A DNA stretch of 64,000 nt from Azolla caroliniana (taxonomy: Eukaryota; Plantae; Polypodiophyta), in NCBI GenBank assembly GCA_043228905.1, contig JBHGNT010000004.1, positions 25,110,001-25,174,000 of the forward strand. Reading direction: 5' to 3'. Below are positions 52,601-64,000 of the stretch, in pieces. Each line of letters begins with the position of its first letter. Position 1 is the first letter of the stretch. Both the position numbers and the translations under genes were made by a program. The notes beneath the pieces are model-generated. The model worked only from the letters and a program-made list of their open reading frames with translations, ran no database searches and was not told the DNA's origin.

Positions 52601-55600
52601 CAGGGAGTGTGTATTTGAAGGAACTGGCATTATATATTATATTTCTGTGCTGGAAAATTTTCTAAACCATAGAAGGCATTTTTGTTTCTTTATTATTGAT
52701 TGATCACAATGTGTTTAAATCGAGGAGTGTAATTTGAAGGGACTAGCATTATATATTATATTGTGGAGTTGAATGATAGTCAAGCTTTATTCTGAGATGT
52801 CTTCAGAAATTCTTTTCCTAGAATTGGACTATACATTCTATTGGAGAAAATAGAAGTGGGTCTTTTACTAGCTGAAGGACATAAGGGGCCTTAGTACTTA
52901 TAGATAGTTGGATTCCCTGCCTGAAGTGTCGCTCACTTTCCAAGATTGACAAGCATGACAACATTTGTAAGAGGCTAGGCCAGATGGGCCATTTTGCACA
53001 TTGATGGTCCTTCATGCCCCCATAGATATTAGGGAGTTCCATAGAGTGGGTTTTGGGAGGAATATTTTGGTTGCTTTATTGGCTTGTGATGCCCAAATAA
53101 TTACAAGTGAATTCATAATGTGGAATCAAAGGAGGACATTGTCACGAAGCAGTTGCTTCATGATATGAAAACAAATTCAAATAGTTTGCAAGTGTCATTT
53201 GTGAGGTTCGAATTGATAACCTCCCATGTCAACCACTAAGTGTGATCCATCAGGACAAGTATTTCTAGGAGTCTATATTCACACCATTGTAATTATGTCT
53301 TATGCAGTATTGCATACAGGCTGATTCAGATGAGTAAACATGGTTGTCATGCATCACACGTTAACACATGTGCGCCAAGTGGCAATCACACATCGTATGC
53401 ATCACATGCACTCTTATTTGAACATCTATTTAAGGAGAAAGAACCGAAGCATCTAAGCATCAATAAAAATACAATCATCTAATAATCGATCAAGCAAGCT
53501 ATAGCTGGTCAGCGAAGGTTTTTCAATTCTCAAGATCAAAGTCAAGGGTTCTGAGTTGGAGCTTGACAGATATAAAGTGTCATCCTTAGGGTGGCATGTT
53601 GTAACTTTGGTAAATAAAATCTTGCATTCCCAATTTAAATAGAACATCCTTTCAATTCTGCTTCTTTAATCCTGCACTATGTCCATCTCTCGTCTATACT
53701 CATCTCTCTCCCTTTCTTTTACAAACTCTCCTCGTTCGTAACCCTGGTGGTTCTACACACCAATCATGAAATCTATGACAAAATTTAGTGAACCTGACGT
53801 GAAGCGTTAGTGAGGGAGAGTATCCGATTGTAGAAATGGTTTAGAGGGGCTTCAATGTGAACTTGGTCAACTTCATGATGACCATGATGAGTTGAATTAT
53901 ATAAAAACAAAGTGCAGCTCGTACAATCCGTTATGCAGAAGATTGCCGAATTCATGGTGAAGACATCATGAGATTTCCAGGGGTATATAAGTATGAAATG
54001 GCCAATAAAGGTGCAATTGGGCGACACATGGTCTGCTCAATTGAGTAGAGTGCTGACAGTGGACAAATAATTTAGAAAAGATCTAGCGCACAACTGAGCT
54101 TGTCTCCAACTGGGCCGAGAGGCTTGTCATATACTTTGAAGAAGGGGATTGCAGATGGAGGACAATGCGCTCTTATGGAAGATCAAATAAGCACAACTGA
54201 GCTTGTCTCCAACTGGTCCCAGAGGCTTTTCATATACTCTGAAGAAGGGGATTGCAGATGGAGGACGATGTGCAAAAATCAAAGAAAATTATTGCAAGAG
54301 ATCGTCCAACACAGGAGTTGACTGAAACAAAAAGAAAAAGAATTAGAATCTCCAAGTGACAAGCTAATCAAAGGCATGAAAGATCTGCAATTGAGGGTTG
54401 TCAAGTTGGAGAAAGTTGAATGCTCTAAGTCAATGAAAACTTCACCTGCTGATGCATATGGTGTGATAGCACGAGCATCACAAGCATTACATGAGTCATC
54501 AAGAAGATCTTGATGGAAATCTGATTTTCTATCAAGATGGGTAATAGATTCATCTATTAGAAACTTGACAACCCCTCTGATTCAACTTTGGAAAAGGCGG
54601 AATGAAGAAGTTAATGGAGAATACCAGAGGCAAAAGGTTACAAGCAATTTACTACTCGGCAGTGTCTGGGTTGAAGATAGGCGATCCTAATATTGGTTCT
54701 GGTTTCTAGAATAAGGTGATTGATACAAGTAAAGGAAAGGTCTGACCTTAGGACTTTAAGGAATTCTGGCAATGAGATCTGAAGTAGTATTGGGTGGAAT
54801 GGCCCAGTAGAGACTTTAATGAGGTTAGCAAAAATTTATTGGGGTGAACAGCCATGATCTTCAAGTAAAAGAGAAGAGAAAAAGAATGGATGAAGTTGGT
54901 CCTTATCAAAGACCAGAAATTATAGAGCAAAAAAGAAGAGAAACAAAGGAAGTCGTTGCGAAATAAAAGTCAACGCGAAAAGCAACACCATCTTTCAAGC
55001 TAGCTTCGGACATAGAGACTGCTGTCGACATACAGACAGATTTTAGAAACTAGAATCCTTGATATTAAGGTAGAGCTTACTATCAAGGAATTGTTAGGTA
55101 AAATCCTTGATATTAAGGTAGAGCTTACTATCAAGGAATTGTTAGGAATTATGAAGAAAGAATTTCATGAGGTTATAATTGATGTGATCTGAAGAAAAAG
55201 ACGAGGTTATAATTGATGTGATCTGAAGAAAAAGACAAGTAGCAAATGGAGCTGGGGGATTTAATGCAAATAAATTCCAAGAATATGCAGATAAGGAAGC
55301 GCATTACTAGCTGGAGTAAGGGGTGCAGATAAAGATATCAATATAGAAAAAGACAAAAGCCACTACATTGGGCTCGAGCAGGAGGCCTCGATCAAGGTTG
55401 GGGAAGTCATGGAATCATGTCTCGCATTGATCCACCACGATTGCAAAATTAATATAATGTGTCTGACTTTTACAATCGTGGGAAGTAGCATATTGAGAAA
55501 AACCATGGATGGAAAGTCCTGGCGGCAAAAGGTGTAATTAAAGATCTATATAGAGCATGCTCCAACATTAAAGTAACTGTAGGGCATGTTTCAATATATC

Positions 55601-58600
55601 AAAATTTCTTTGTTCAAGAGAAATCTTTCTACCTAGTCATTCTAGGAGCCGTCACTCCAGTAAGAATGGAGACAAATGTGATAAGACAACAGATCAGCAT
55701 TCGTATGATCAAAAGCAAGATGGAAGAAAATCATTTCAGTTCCTTACTATCTGACCCAACCATGTGCGAAATAAAGAGCACCTTCTCGACCATCCAATGC
55801 AGGAATCTGAAGACTTTCTCCAAGATTTCTAGAACGGGCCTCTACAGGAAGGGGTTATGATGGCCTGAAGTGTAGTCAAAATCCCGAGATTAGAAGAAGT
55901 AAAGGAGATGTGTATGCGTCAACTAGTGGTGCCACTATAGTGATTAATGATAAGAATGAAGTAGTAAATGATTTACAGAGTAGAAGTGTGGTTGAAGATG
56001 TTGAGTGTGCATTAAACATTAACACATGTGTACCAAGTGCCAAGTGGCAATTGCACATTGCATGCAGCATATGCACTCTCACAGACATGTTCTCATACGT
56101 CACATACAATCTTATTTGAATACCTGTTTTAGGAAAAGGAAACGAAGTAACTAGGCGTCAAAATATATTCATATAATAATCAATCAATCAATCAATCGAG
56201 CTAGCTTGTTGGTAAAGGTTTTTCAACTCTCAAGGAATCTGCTTCCTTGATCCTACACTATTCCATCTCTTGTATTTGCTCATCTATCTCCCTTTCTTTT
56301 AAGAGTTCTCCTTGTTCATAACGCTGGTGGTTCAAGATACCAATCACAAACTCTCCGACAACGTACAATCTTCTGAAGCTACATATGCTTCTAAGGAGTA
56401 GGATGCATGCAATCACATTTTGTTTGTGTCATATGTGACTTCAGATGGATGGATCCATTCTATACCTTTATTATTCTTTTTATAGGATTTTCCTCCTAAG
56501 GGCAACTATGTATCTGTTCCAGTTTTATTGACTTTTGAGATGGCTTAGGAAACATAATTCATAAAATTGTGGACATTGCTTGCTAACACAACAGTGAACA
56601 TATCGAAGTTCCTCGAAGTTTATAATCACCTAATAATGTAACAGAAAGGAGACCCGGAGGCAAAGAAAATCTCTAGCTTTTATGTGCATTCATTGATTAT
56701 GATCTTATGTTCCAAGTCATTCTGGCAATACGAGTCACTATATTTAAAACAAAAGACTTTCTTATGTAAACTTAAATACTTGTAGAAGATGGTATTATTC
56801 AGTACAAGCTTTCCAAATTTGAACTATCTAGGACTCTTTATGTGTGTGCATGTCACATGACATTGTATTTGTACATGTGTGAAAATCAATAGAACCAGAT
56901 GGGTCATAGACGAAGAGAGATTGTGTTAATGTGATTGTTGAAATAGTTTACAATAGTGAATAGTGAGTGCAAAGTATATGCATGTGTAAATTGTGGAACT
57001 GTACACCATCCCCCTACTTGGGTGGAGTTTAATTGGGGTTTGCTCATTGGGTTTGCCCCTGATGATACGAGGATGGCACAACACAGTTTTGTCAAATGGA
57101 TGGTGGGCCAGAAAAAAAGTGACTGTGGTGAAGGATGTTGGGAAGTGAAGAAAGGACTTCATGCTTATCTGGAGTTTTCTGGGCGGGACAAGGTCCTACT
57201 GTTTCTAAATGCAGTGAATCGGAAGGACGGAATGGAACTGGGAATTCTTTTAGAGGATGATGAAGGCCCTGCTAGCCTCAGGTAAAATGGAATGAAGTGA
57301 AATTGGCATGCAACCACCATGAGAATAGAAGGCAATGGTCAGGGGGCATAAGCCAATGGTCAGGAGTCATAAGTCAGGACCATGCAATACAACCAACAGT
57401 CTTTAAGATAGATGAGGCAAAGATTTGGGTCAAAATTTCAATATTGGCCGACGTGAGAATATAAAATCCAACAAGTTATGATTGCCCAACATGAGCACCG
57501 TCAAAATATCTCGCTGATACTTCAAGCTTTGTGCCCAAGCTATCAAATGCCTCAACTAGAAAAGTGGTCAGTGGCACAAAAATTGAAAAGAAAGACCTAA
57601 ATGAGGACAAACACAACATGAGAAGGATCGTGAAGTAAAGAAGATAAATTCTGATGAACTAGGTCAGAGAAACACCGACATGGTAGAAGTTCTCAGAGCG
57701 TCATACTTCTCAGTGAAGTGAAGTTCTCAGAGCGTCATACTTCTCATTTATGGAAGAGGAATCAGGCGGATCAGGAATTTGGGCTTTGTCGACTTGGGGT
57801 GGTCCATATAATGTTACTAAAATCACTTGGAGTTCAGGTCATAAATAAATCGGGAAACCAAAAGAGGAGGATAAATTGAAGTGGTTTGGGAAAAAAGTAA
57901 AAGGGATGTCCCTAAAGATACTTGACCCAAGACCAATTGCTTCTTGTTAAAGGGTAGAAGTTACAACCTTCCAATTTGAAGGGTTGTCGGAGTAGAGATA
58001 TTGATACATCCACTAAACAAAGGAGGACTAACAAGGCTTGGTCGACTAGGTGGTCTGCCTGGATTTTATGAATAGACTGGGTGTGATGGACCAAATTAAA
58101 TGCAGGGGTATATGAAGGGACAAAGTATGAATAAAGATCATTAATAAAATAAGAACAACAAGAAAATAAAGCAATGCTTGTAGTTCAAAAACTAAAATTA
58201 GTAGAAGCACTCAATCTTCTCCAGATATTGCCACATACCAGAGGACGTGCAAGTTTGGCAGGGGCGAATGTCATGTCATGTTCGGCACTCAGGCTGAGGA
58301 GGGTTCCTTGTCAAGTTAAAAGGGGTGGATGAAGAGGATCATTTCATAGAAATAGAGAACGGAATTGTAAACAAAGACATCTCATGCTAGCTCCATCGGT
58401 TGAAGCTTCCTACTGATAACATGAGAGCCATGGTTTCGAGACCTACCTGGACCAAAAGTGCTCATTTTTGTAGCCGAACAATGCTATGGGGCAACCAAAA
58501 ATAGCATCTTTTGACCTACCTAAGCTATTGAGGGGATTGGGGTCATTTATAGGGGTTGATTGATCATTTTACAGACACCAAAAGGGAATTAAGAACCTCA

Positions 58601-61600
58601 ACTAATCTTTGTCCAATAATCAGGACGGTGTACACAACCCACTCAGCTCTTAATCACAGCTAGACTACTTCTTAGTCTTCTTCCTACTTAGAAGGCTGAT
58701 ATTTGTTAGCGTATGTGCTAACTCCCTCTCCCCTCAATATCTCTTTTTAATCAACTTTCTTTCTAAGTTTTGCTTTCTAGTAGTTGAACCATTTTGGACC
58801 AGTTAGTAATTCTGATACACTTCTGGTACCGTTTATACAAAACCTATAATAAGGAACAGAGGGGAAGAGAGGGAGAAACTTCTTTTTCTTTGCAACAGAG
58901 ACTAGATGAGATTGGAAACCCCACTGGAACTGATGCCCTTATTGGAACTATGCATGCCTTAACTGGTCTACGAGCTGGTTTGGTAAAGGGACTTGAGAAT
59001 GGGCTTCGAAATGATGCTTCTGATGAAGCTATTGCAATGCGCCAAAAGGTATATTCCTGCAAACATTTTCACAATGTCATATGACTTTTTATATCATATA
59101 TATAATCTCAAAGAATGCCATTTTGTTTCTTATATATATAAATATAAATATGCACTATTGCATTTATCTGAATAATTCTCAAATTTCTTACCTGCTTGGT
59201 TGTTGATGTTTAGTGGAGGCTCTGTGAGATTGGCTTAGAGGAGTACCTCTTTGTGCTCTTGAGCAGGTATTCTTGGTTCTTGAAAGTATCCATGTCTGTG
59301 GTTGAAAGTACTTGAGCTCTCTTGCTGAAAATTATATTTTAGCTAATTTGGAACTCATGGAATAGGAGGCCCTTTGCATTTCCAAAACCTATAAATCTGA
59401 GTTAATTTTGACTCATATTCTTGATTCTTGTAAAGCATCCTTGTGTATGGTTTGAAGTTCTCAAGGAATTATTTAGATTATTCTTTCGTGCATAAAAATC
59501 AATGATTTTAGGCAATTTGGAACTCAAGGAAACTGGCCTTTGGTTTCCTGAGGAATAGGAAAGCATCTTTCCGAATACAGCTTCAAGTCCAAAGCATACC
59601 TCATGGTAGATATTTCTTATTTTGTTAATCAAACAGTACTTTGAAGGTATTCTTTACTAGAAACGTGATTGGTAGTTGATTTACATTGTTTATGGGTGAA
59701 ATTTGTATAGAAATCCTTAGAAAAGCTATTGATTTTTATGATTATCATTTTCAAAAACTTGTGTGTGGTTAATATTTTCATACCTCATGCATAGGACTAC
59801 ACATACATCACATTGGGTCACCTCATGTTGGAGGCAAACATTTCAGTCCATCTACTTAGGCAGCGCTACTAGTTTCTATTAACATTTATTGGTTTGTTTG
59901 GTCAAAGGCAAAACAGCATTTTAAGGTATAATGCCTTGTTCAAACACATAGGCCATTTTGGCCTCTTATAAGACATTACTATATCTTTCTTTCTTTCATT
60001 TGACATATCAAATGTCTGAAGTTTGAAGGTTGTATATAGAACCTACTAACACAATCTATTTAACCACCATCAAAGATAAAAAATGTGTTCATTAGAATCC
60101 AAACCATGGTCTATCCAACCATGTTAACAATACAAAAGATAGCAATTCCTAACTTACCAGTTAAACTTGCATATACTATTTGCATTGTTGTTTCACATAC
60201 TCTGTGTGCAATCAAGATTGAATATGACAATCTAAACAAAACCACTGTACCCAATACATTGGATTTCATTTGACCTTTTTCATGGGTTTAGTTCATGGTG
60301 CAGTCTTTCTGGTTTATCAGGATAGTTGATACAAAAGATTTTAGTGAGTTTATTTTTAGATTAGAACTGAAACACAATATTCTGTATTTCGTGTTTCATG
60401 AACTTGAAATTTTTAAAGACATGCCTGCCATATCAGGTTGGGAGCTTTCAGAGAGCACTGATAGGTCTGTGATGATCAAGGACCACTTGTTTGGTCATAT
60501 TTATTTCTATATATTTATCAATACGCTAGACCAAATCGGTTAAAATAAAAGATTTTAAAGAGAGATTAAAGTTTAGATTAGGAATGAAATGCGATATTCT
60601 CTATGTCATGATTTAAGAACTTGGAATATGTTAAAACATTCCTGGCCATATTGGACTGGAGTCTTTCAGAGAGTACCAATAGGTCTGTGAGGACCAGTGA
60701 CCACATGCATCTTGTGATAATGTTTGGTGTTCACATTCATTTCTATAGGTTTTCCAACACCCTCGACGAAATGGGTGGCTCAGCTATGCTAGCACAGAAA
60801 GCTCGCTTAAAGAAAGTGGAGTCGTGGAACCATCCTTTTGGAGCTATTGTCCTTGGTATTCGCCAGTTAGGACTTTCTGGATTTAAGCGGGAAGAATGTA
60901 TGGCAATTGAAAATGAGATCATAGCTTGGCAGTCAGCTGGGATTTTTGAAAAAGAAGGCATGCTCTAGTTTTAAAAACTTTACAATGTCAATGAAAGCAG
61001 TATATGCATATCAGCACTAACTTGATTGTTTATTGTATCTTTTTTGGCAATGACAGGAAATGAAGATGGTATTAGAATATGGGCCCTTAGAGTTAAAGCA
61101 ACCATTGAAAGAGCGAGAAGACTTTCTGAAACATTTTCTGATTTATTATTGCAGATTTACCCAAAGAATGTTGAGGTCAGTCTTTACAAATCTTGTGCAA
61201 ACAGAACTATAGTCGCCAAAAAATTTCCAGTACCTAATATGGATGTTTTAAATTTACTCTGATGAAGTGCATGGTTTCATCTCAGTAAATTTAAATTGTC
61301 CATATTATGTCCAGGAAAATGAGATCGATGACATGTAGGGCTGTGTAGTTTTTGTGATTACAGCCAATACACAAAAATCCTATCTACTCAGTCATGTTGA
61401 TGGACGATATCTTTCTATATGAAGAAAACATTTGAGACGCAAAGTTAACACAGAGGTTAATGAGATTTGGAAACTCTAGTAGTTTTGTTGTTGCTTATGT
61501 CCAAACATTGCAATGCACTCTTGGCCACTAAAAACGATACAAGGAGGTTTCTCTTTTATAAAGACCATTTTGTGTCACTGAGGTGGCTAAACTGTAATCT

Positions 61601-64000
61601 TAATTTCATCTTTTGTGATAGAAACTTGGGACGGCACTTGGTATCCCAGAAAATACAATTAGATGCTACACTGAAGCGGAAATCCGTGCAAGGTAGAAGT
61701 TTTTCTCCTCGATGCATTTTCGTTTTTCATGTCTTGATGAAATTTCTGATGGGTTGGATGCAAACTTCTTGAGTTCAATACCCAAGATGTCCAGTTATAT
61801 TTTTATTAGATAAACAGCATTATTCTGAATCTTGCATTTTTCCCCATTTTCCAAAGACCCCCAGTTTCTGTATTGAGGTGATCTATTAGCTATTTGATTA
61901 TATTCACTTTTCCTAGCAAACAGCATTAGTGATAATTGTTATGTTCCAACAGATTTGAATTCAACATGCTTAAAATAACTCATTTTCATGTCTGACTGAA
62001 GTAGTTGATTATTGCATCTTTGAATCACTTTAGAGCATGATATTTGCTTAACCAGGTTATTATCTAATAATCCTCTATATCTTGGGCATTATTTTATCCA
62101 GTGTAGTATTTCAGCTTTCAAAACTCTGCAGTCTCCTATTAAAAGCAGCAAGAACAGTTGCAGGTGAAGAGGGCTGGGATCCTCTAGTATCAGGTGAAGC
62201 TGTCGGAACTTTGATTGAGGTTTGTATTATCCTTCCATTAGCATTTGGTAGTAAGTGTCAAAGTATTTTGCATTTTGATGGAATTTCAATCCTAGCATCT
62301 CATCAAGAGTTTAAAGATTCGAATCTTTGTTTGGGAATCTACTTGAATGAACATTAAGCATCCTCAATTATCCAGGGTTTACTCAAAATAAACACCAAGA
62401 CATCATGGAATCAGGAATAACCTTCCCTGTCCCTCCTAAAACGTAAATCTTCATGTTTATGATGAAATTGAGGATCAGTATGCAGCCTCCAATTGAGGAT
62501 ATCAATCTTGGAGACCAATTTTACACCAGCGTGAATAAAGAATAATGAATATGCACATGTTGATAATACATATGGGTTTTGATTGCTATTCTTCCTTACG
62601 GTGCTCATTCAGGTGGACAGAATCATTCCCGAATCCCTATCTTCTCTATCTGGACCAATCATTTTGCTTGTTAAAGAGGCCGATGGTGATGAAGAGGTAA
62701 ATTATGTTATCTAGGAAGCTTAACATAATTTTCTTGCACCCTCTTTGCATTTCTTTCACAAATGGGACAAAAGTAAAGAAAATTTTATTTGCAGGTCAAA
62801 GCTTCCGGGGAGAATGTTCAAGGAGTCATTCTTCTACAGGAGCTTCCCCATCTCTCGCATTTAGGTGTACGTGCAAGACAGGTATATTGTTGAAAAATGA
62901 ATGTGGTGTCTATGTGGAATAAACTTAAATTATTTTCGTACTTTTCATATGTTTTGCTCCTCCCTCCATTGAATTCTCATGAAGACGATTTGCTTAATCC
63001 TCTTCCTGGTGATACCTTCCCTATATGTAATCAACTTGAATGATGGCTAATTTTTCATGTGAATTATTCAATTATGTATGTATATACAGTTTTACCATGT
63101 TTTGTGGCTTTAAATATAACTTTTTCACAGGAAAAGGTAGTTTTTGTAACATGTGAGGACGAAGATAAGATAGCGAACCTTCGAAGTCTAATTGGTAAAA
63201 ACATCAGGTACAGTTCCTATTATGATGTATGTAAATCCGTTGTATAAGAGAGCATATATGTTGCTGTATTCCTGATCAATATGTAGCTGCATAATAAACG
63301 CTGACATTTGTGGCCAGGCTTGAAGTTAGTACAGATTCCGTTGTTGTTTCCTCACAAGAGCCAAGGGGAGACGATGGTGGTAATGTAGGAGTGAGTAGAG
63401 CACATGAGAAAACTAGTGAGGATGTAGTAACTGCAATAAAACCTGTACAACAAAGAAAGGTAGTGAAATTTTGGTAAACTCTGAGTCTTCATAAAATATG
63501 CTTCATCTCTCTCATCGTTGATGAGTTTGTGTCATCCTCAGGTTGTACCAGCTTTTAATGGATCTGTTCTAGATCTTTCCTATGCTGAAATCCTAACTTG
63601 TGGTGCAAAGGCATATTCATGTGGTCAGCTAGCTCAGCTTTCTCTTCAAGCAAAACATGGTAGCAACTATACCTTTTTACCTACTGTTTTCCAATAGAAG
63701 TTTCGATTATTAGTCTCAGAAAAATAGTATACTCACATGGTTCAAGAGATGTTCCTTCCATGATATAGAGGATGTAGACCCTCCTCTATATCTCATGTGC
63801 ATGTATGTCTATTAAGGAGAATCCCTTGTCTTTAACTTTTCGAGTGTCCTATTAAGGAAAGTCCTGTTCTCTTACATTTAAAAGTTCTGAATAACAATAT
63901 TCATTGACATGAATCTAGAAACATTAAATTAAGAATTCTATTGCAGCATATAATGAACAAGGTGTTCCTGCAGCATTTCATGTTCCAGCAGGCAAAGTGA
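46616..64000 (+). CDS. PWD: Phosphoglucan, water dikinase (PWD/GWD3), chloroplastic; 3' part beyond the window
   Basis: Exons 46616-46842, 49483-50143, 50264-50350, 50427-50558, 51106-51231, 51323-51501, 52352-52436, 58899-59048, 59214-59266, 60749-60957, 61057-61175, 61622-61692, 62102-62219, 62613-62696, 62795-62881, 63131-63207, 63318-63459, 63542-63659, 63947->64000. Ser-rich transit peptide, CBM20 ([16 protein letters not shown]...WEDGPNR), [37 protein letters not shown], phosphohistidine motif [23 protein letters not shown]. Confidence 0.96.
46960..47960. repeat. Degenerate quasi-periodic array in PWD intron 1 (motif TCTCACAAGAAAATCTTGAT, ~12 copies)
   Basis: Motif variants near 47038, 47113, 47163, 47276, 47352, 47442, 47489, 47552, 47652, 47721, 47798 and 47909, often followed by ATGGRTGTGCAAA. 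Confidence 0.7.
52400..52762. repeat. ~120-bp tandem triplication spanning the PWD exon 7 donor
   Basis: ATTTCT(A/G)TGCTGGAAAATTTT at 52401, 52521 and 52641. The first unit includes the exon end and GT donor. Confidence 0.93.
53345..56360 (+). mobile_element. Old, internally deleted Ty3/gypsy-like LTR retrotransposon in PWD intron 7
   Basis: 5' LTR 53345-53780 (TGTCAT...ATGACA) and diverged 3' LTR about 56000-56360 share TTAACACATGTG..CCAAGTGGCAAT, AAGGTTTTTCAA.TCTCAAG and CTGGTGGTTC...ACCAATCA. PBS-like TAGTGAACCTGACGTGAA at 53786-53803. Broken gag/protease-like text ([40 protein letters not shown]). No RT recognised, no clear TSD. Confidence 0.8.
56900..58250 (-). mobile_element. Possible degenerate LINE endonuclease-region remnant in PWD intron 7
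   Basis: Minus-strand fragments LYGPP, LDFIFS and PDHCLLF occur in the order expected for L1 endonuclease motifs (YGP, LDRF, SDHxP); heavily disrupted. Confidence 0.3.
60340..60780. repeat. Old ~220-bp tandem duplication covering the intron end and start of PWD exon 10
   Basis: TTAGATTAG...CTTTCAGAGAG.AC..ATAGGTCTGTGA..A.CA..GACCAC...ATTTCTATA occurs twice. The upstream copy translates FINTLDQIG versus the real FSNTLDEMG. Confidence 0.8.

Overview
Eukaryotic plant nuclear DNA (AT-rich, GT-AG introns). The style of the PLS-PPR repeats suggests a fern or other seed-free plant, but that is inference. Seven protein-coding genes can be reconstructed: a 5'-partial PLS-E PPR gene (<1-1275,+), a 5-exon strictosidine-synthase-like gene (3179-6077,-), a 6-exon ARID-HMG transcription factor (24182-27930,+), a second PLS-E PPR gene (29082-~31721,-), cytosolic RPS9/uS4 (33235-36123,+), an 11-exon homolog of the mitoribosomal rPPR10/mS83 family (38060-44161,+) and a 3'-partial phosphoglucan water dikinase, PWD/GWD3 (46616->64000,+). 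Intergenic and intronic DNA holds two related 5'-truncated LINE 3' ends, two hAT-type MITEs, a decayed Ty3/gypsy-like element with a tRNA-Trp-like PBS, and many short tandem duplications. The most notable observations are a perfect 75-bp fold-back that copies a MITE end, a 91-bp direct repeat around one LINE insertion, repeated duplications capturing splice junctions or a stop codon, a candidate PTC-producing alternative donor in RPS9, a GC-AG intron in PWD and a quasi-periodic palindromic motif array in PWD intron 1. I found no CRISPR array, rRNA or intact tRNA gene, and no new system that the sequence alone can establish.
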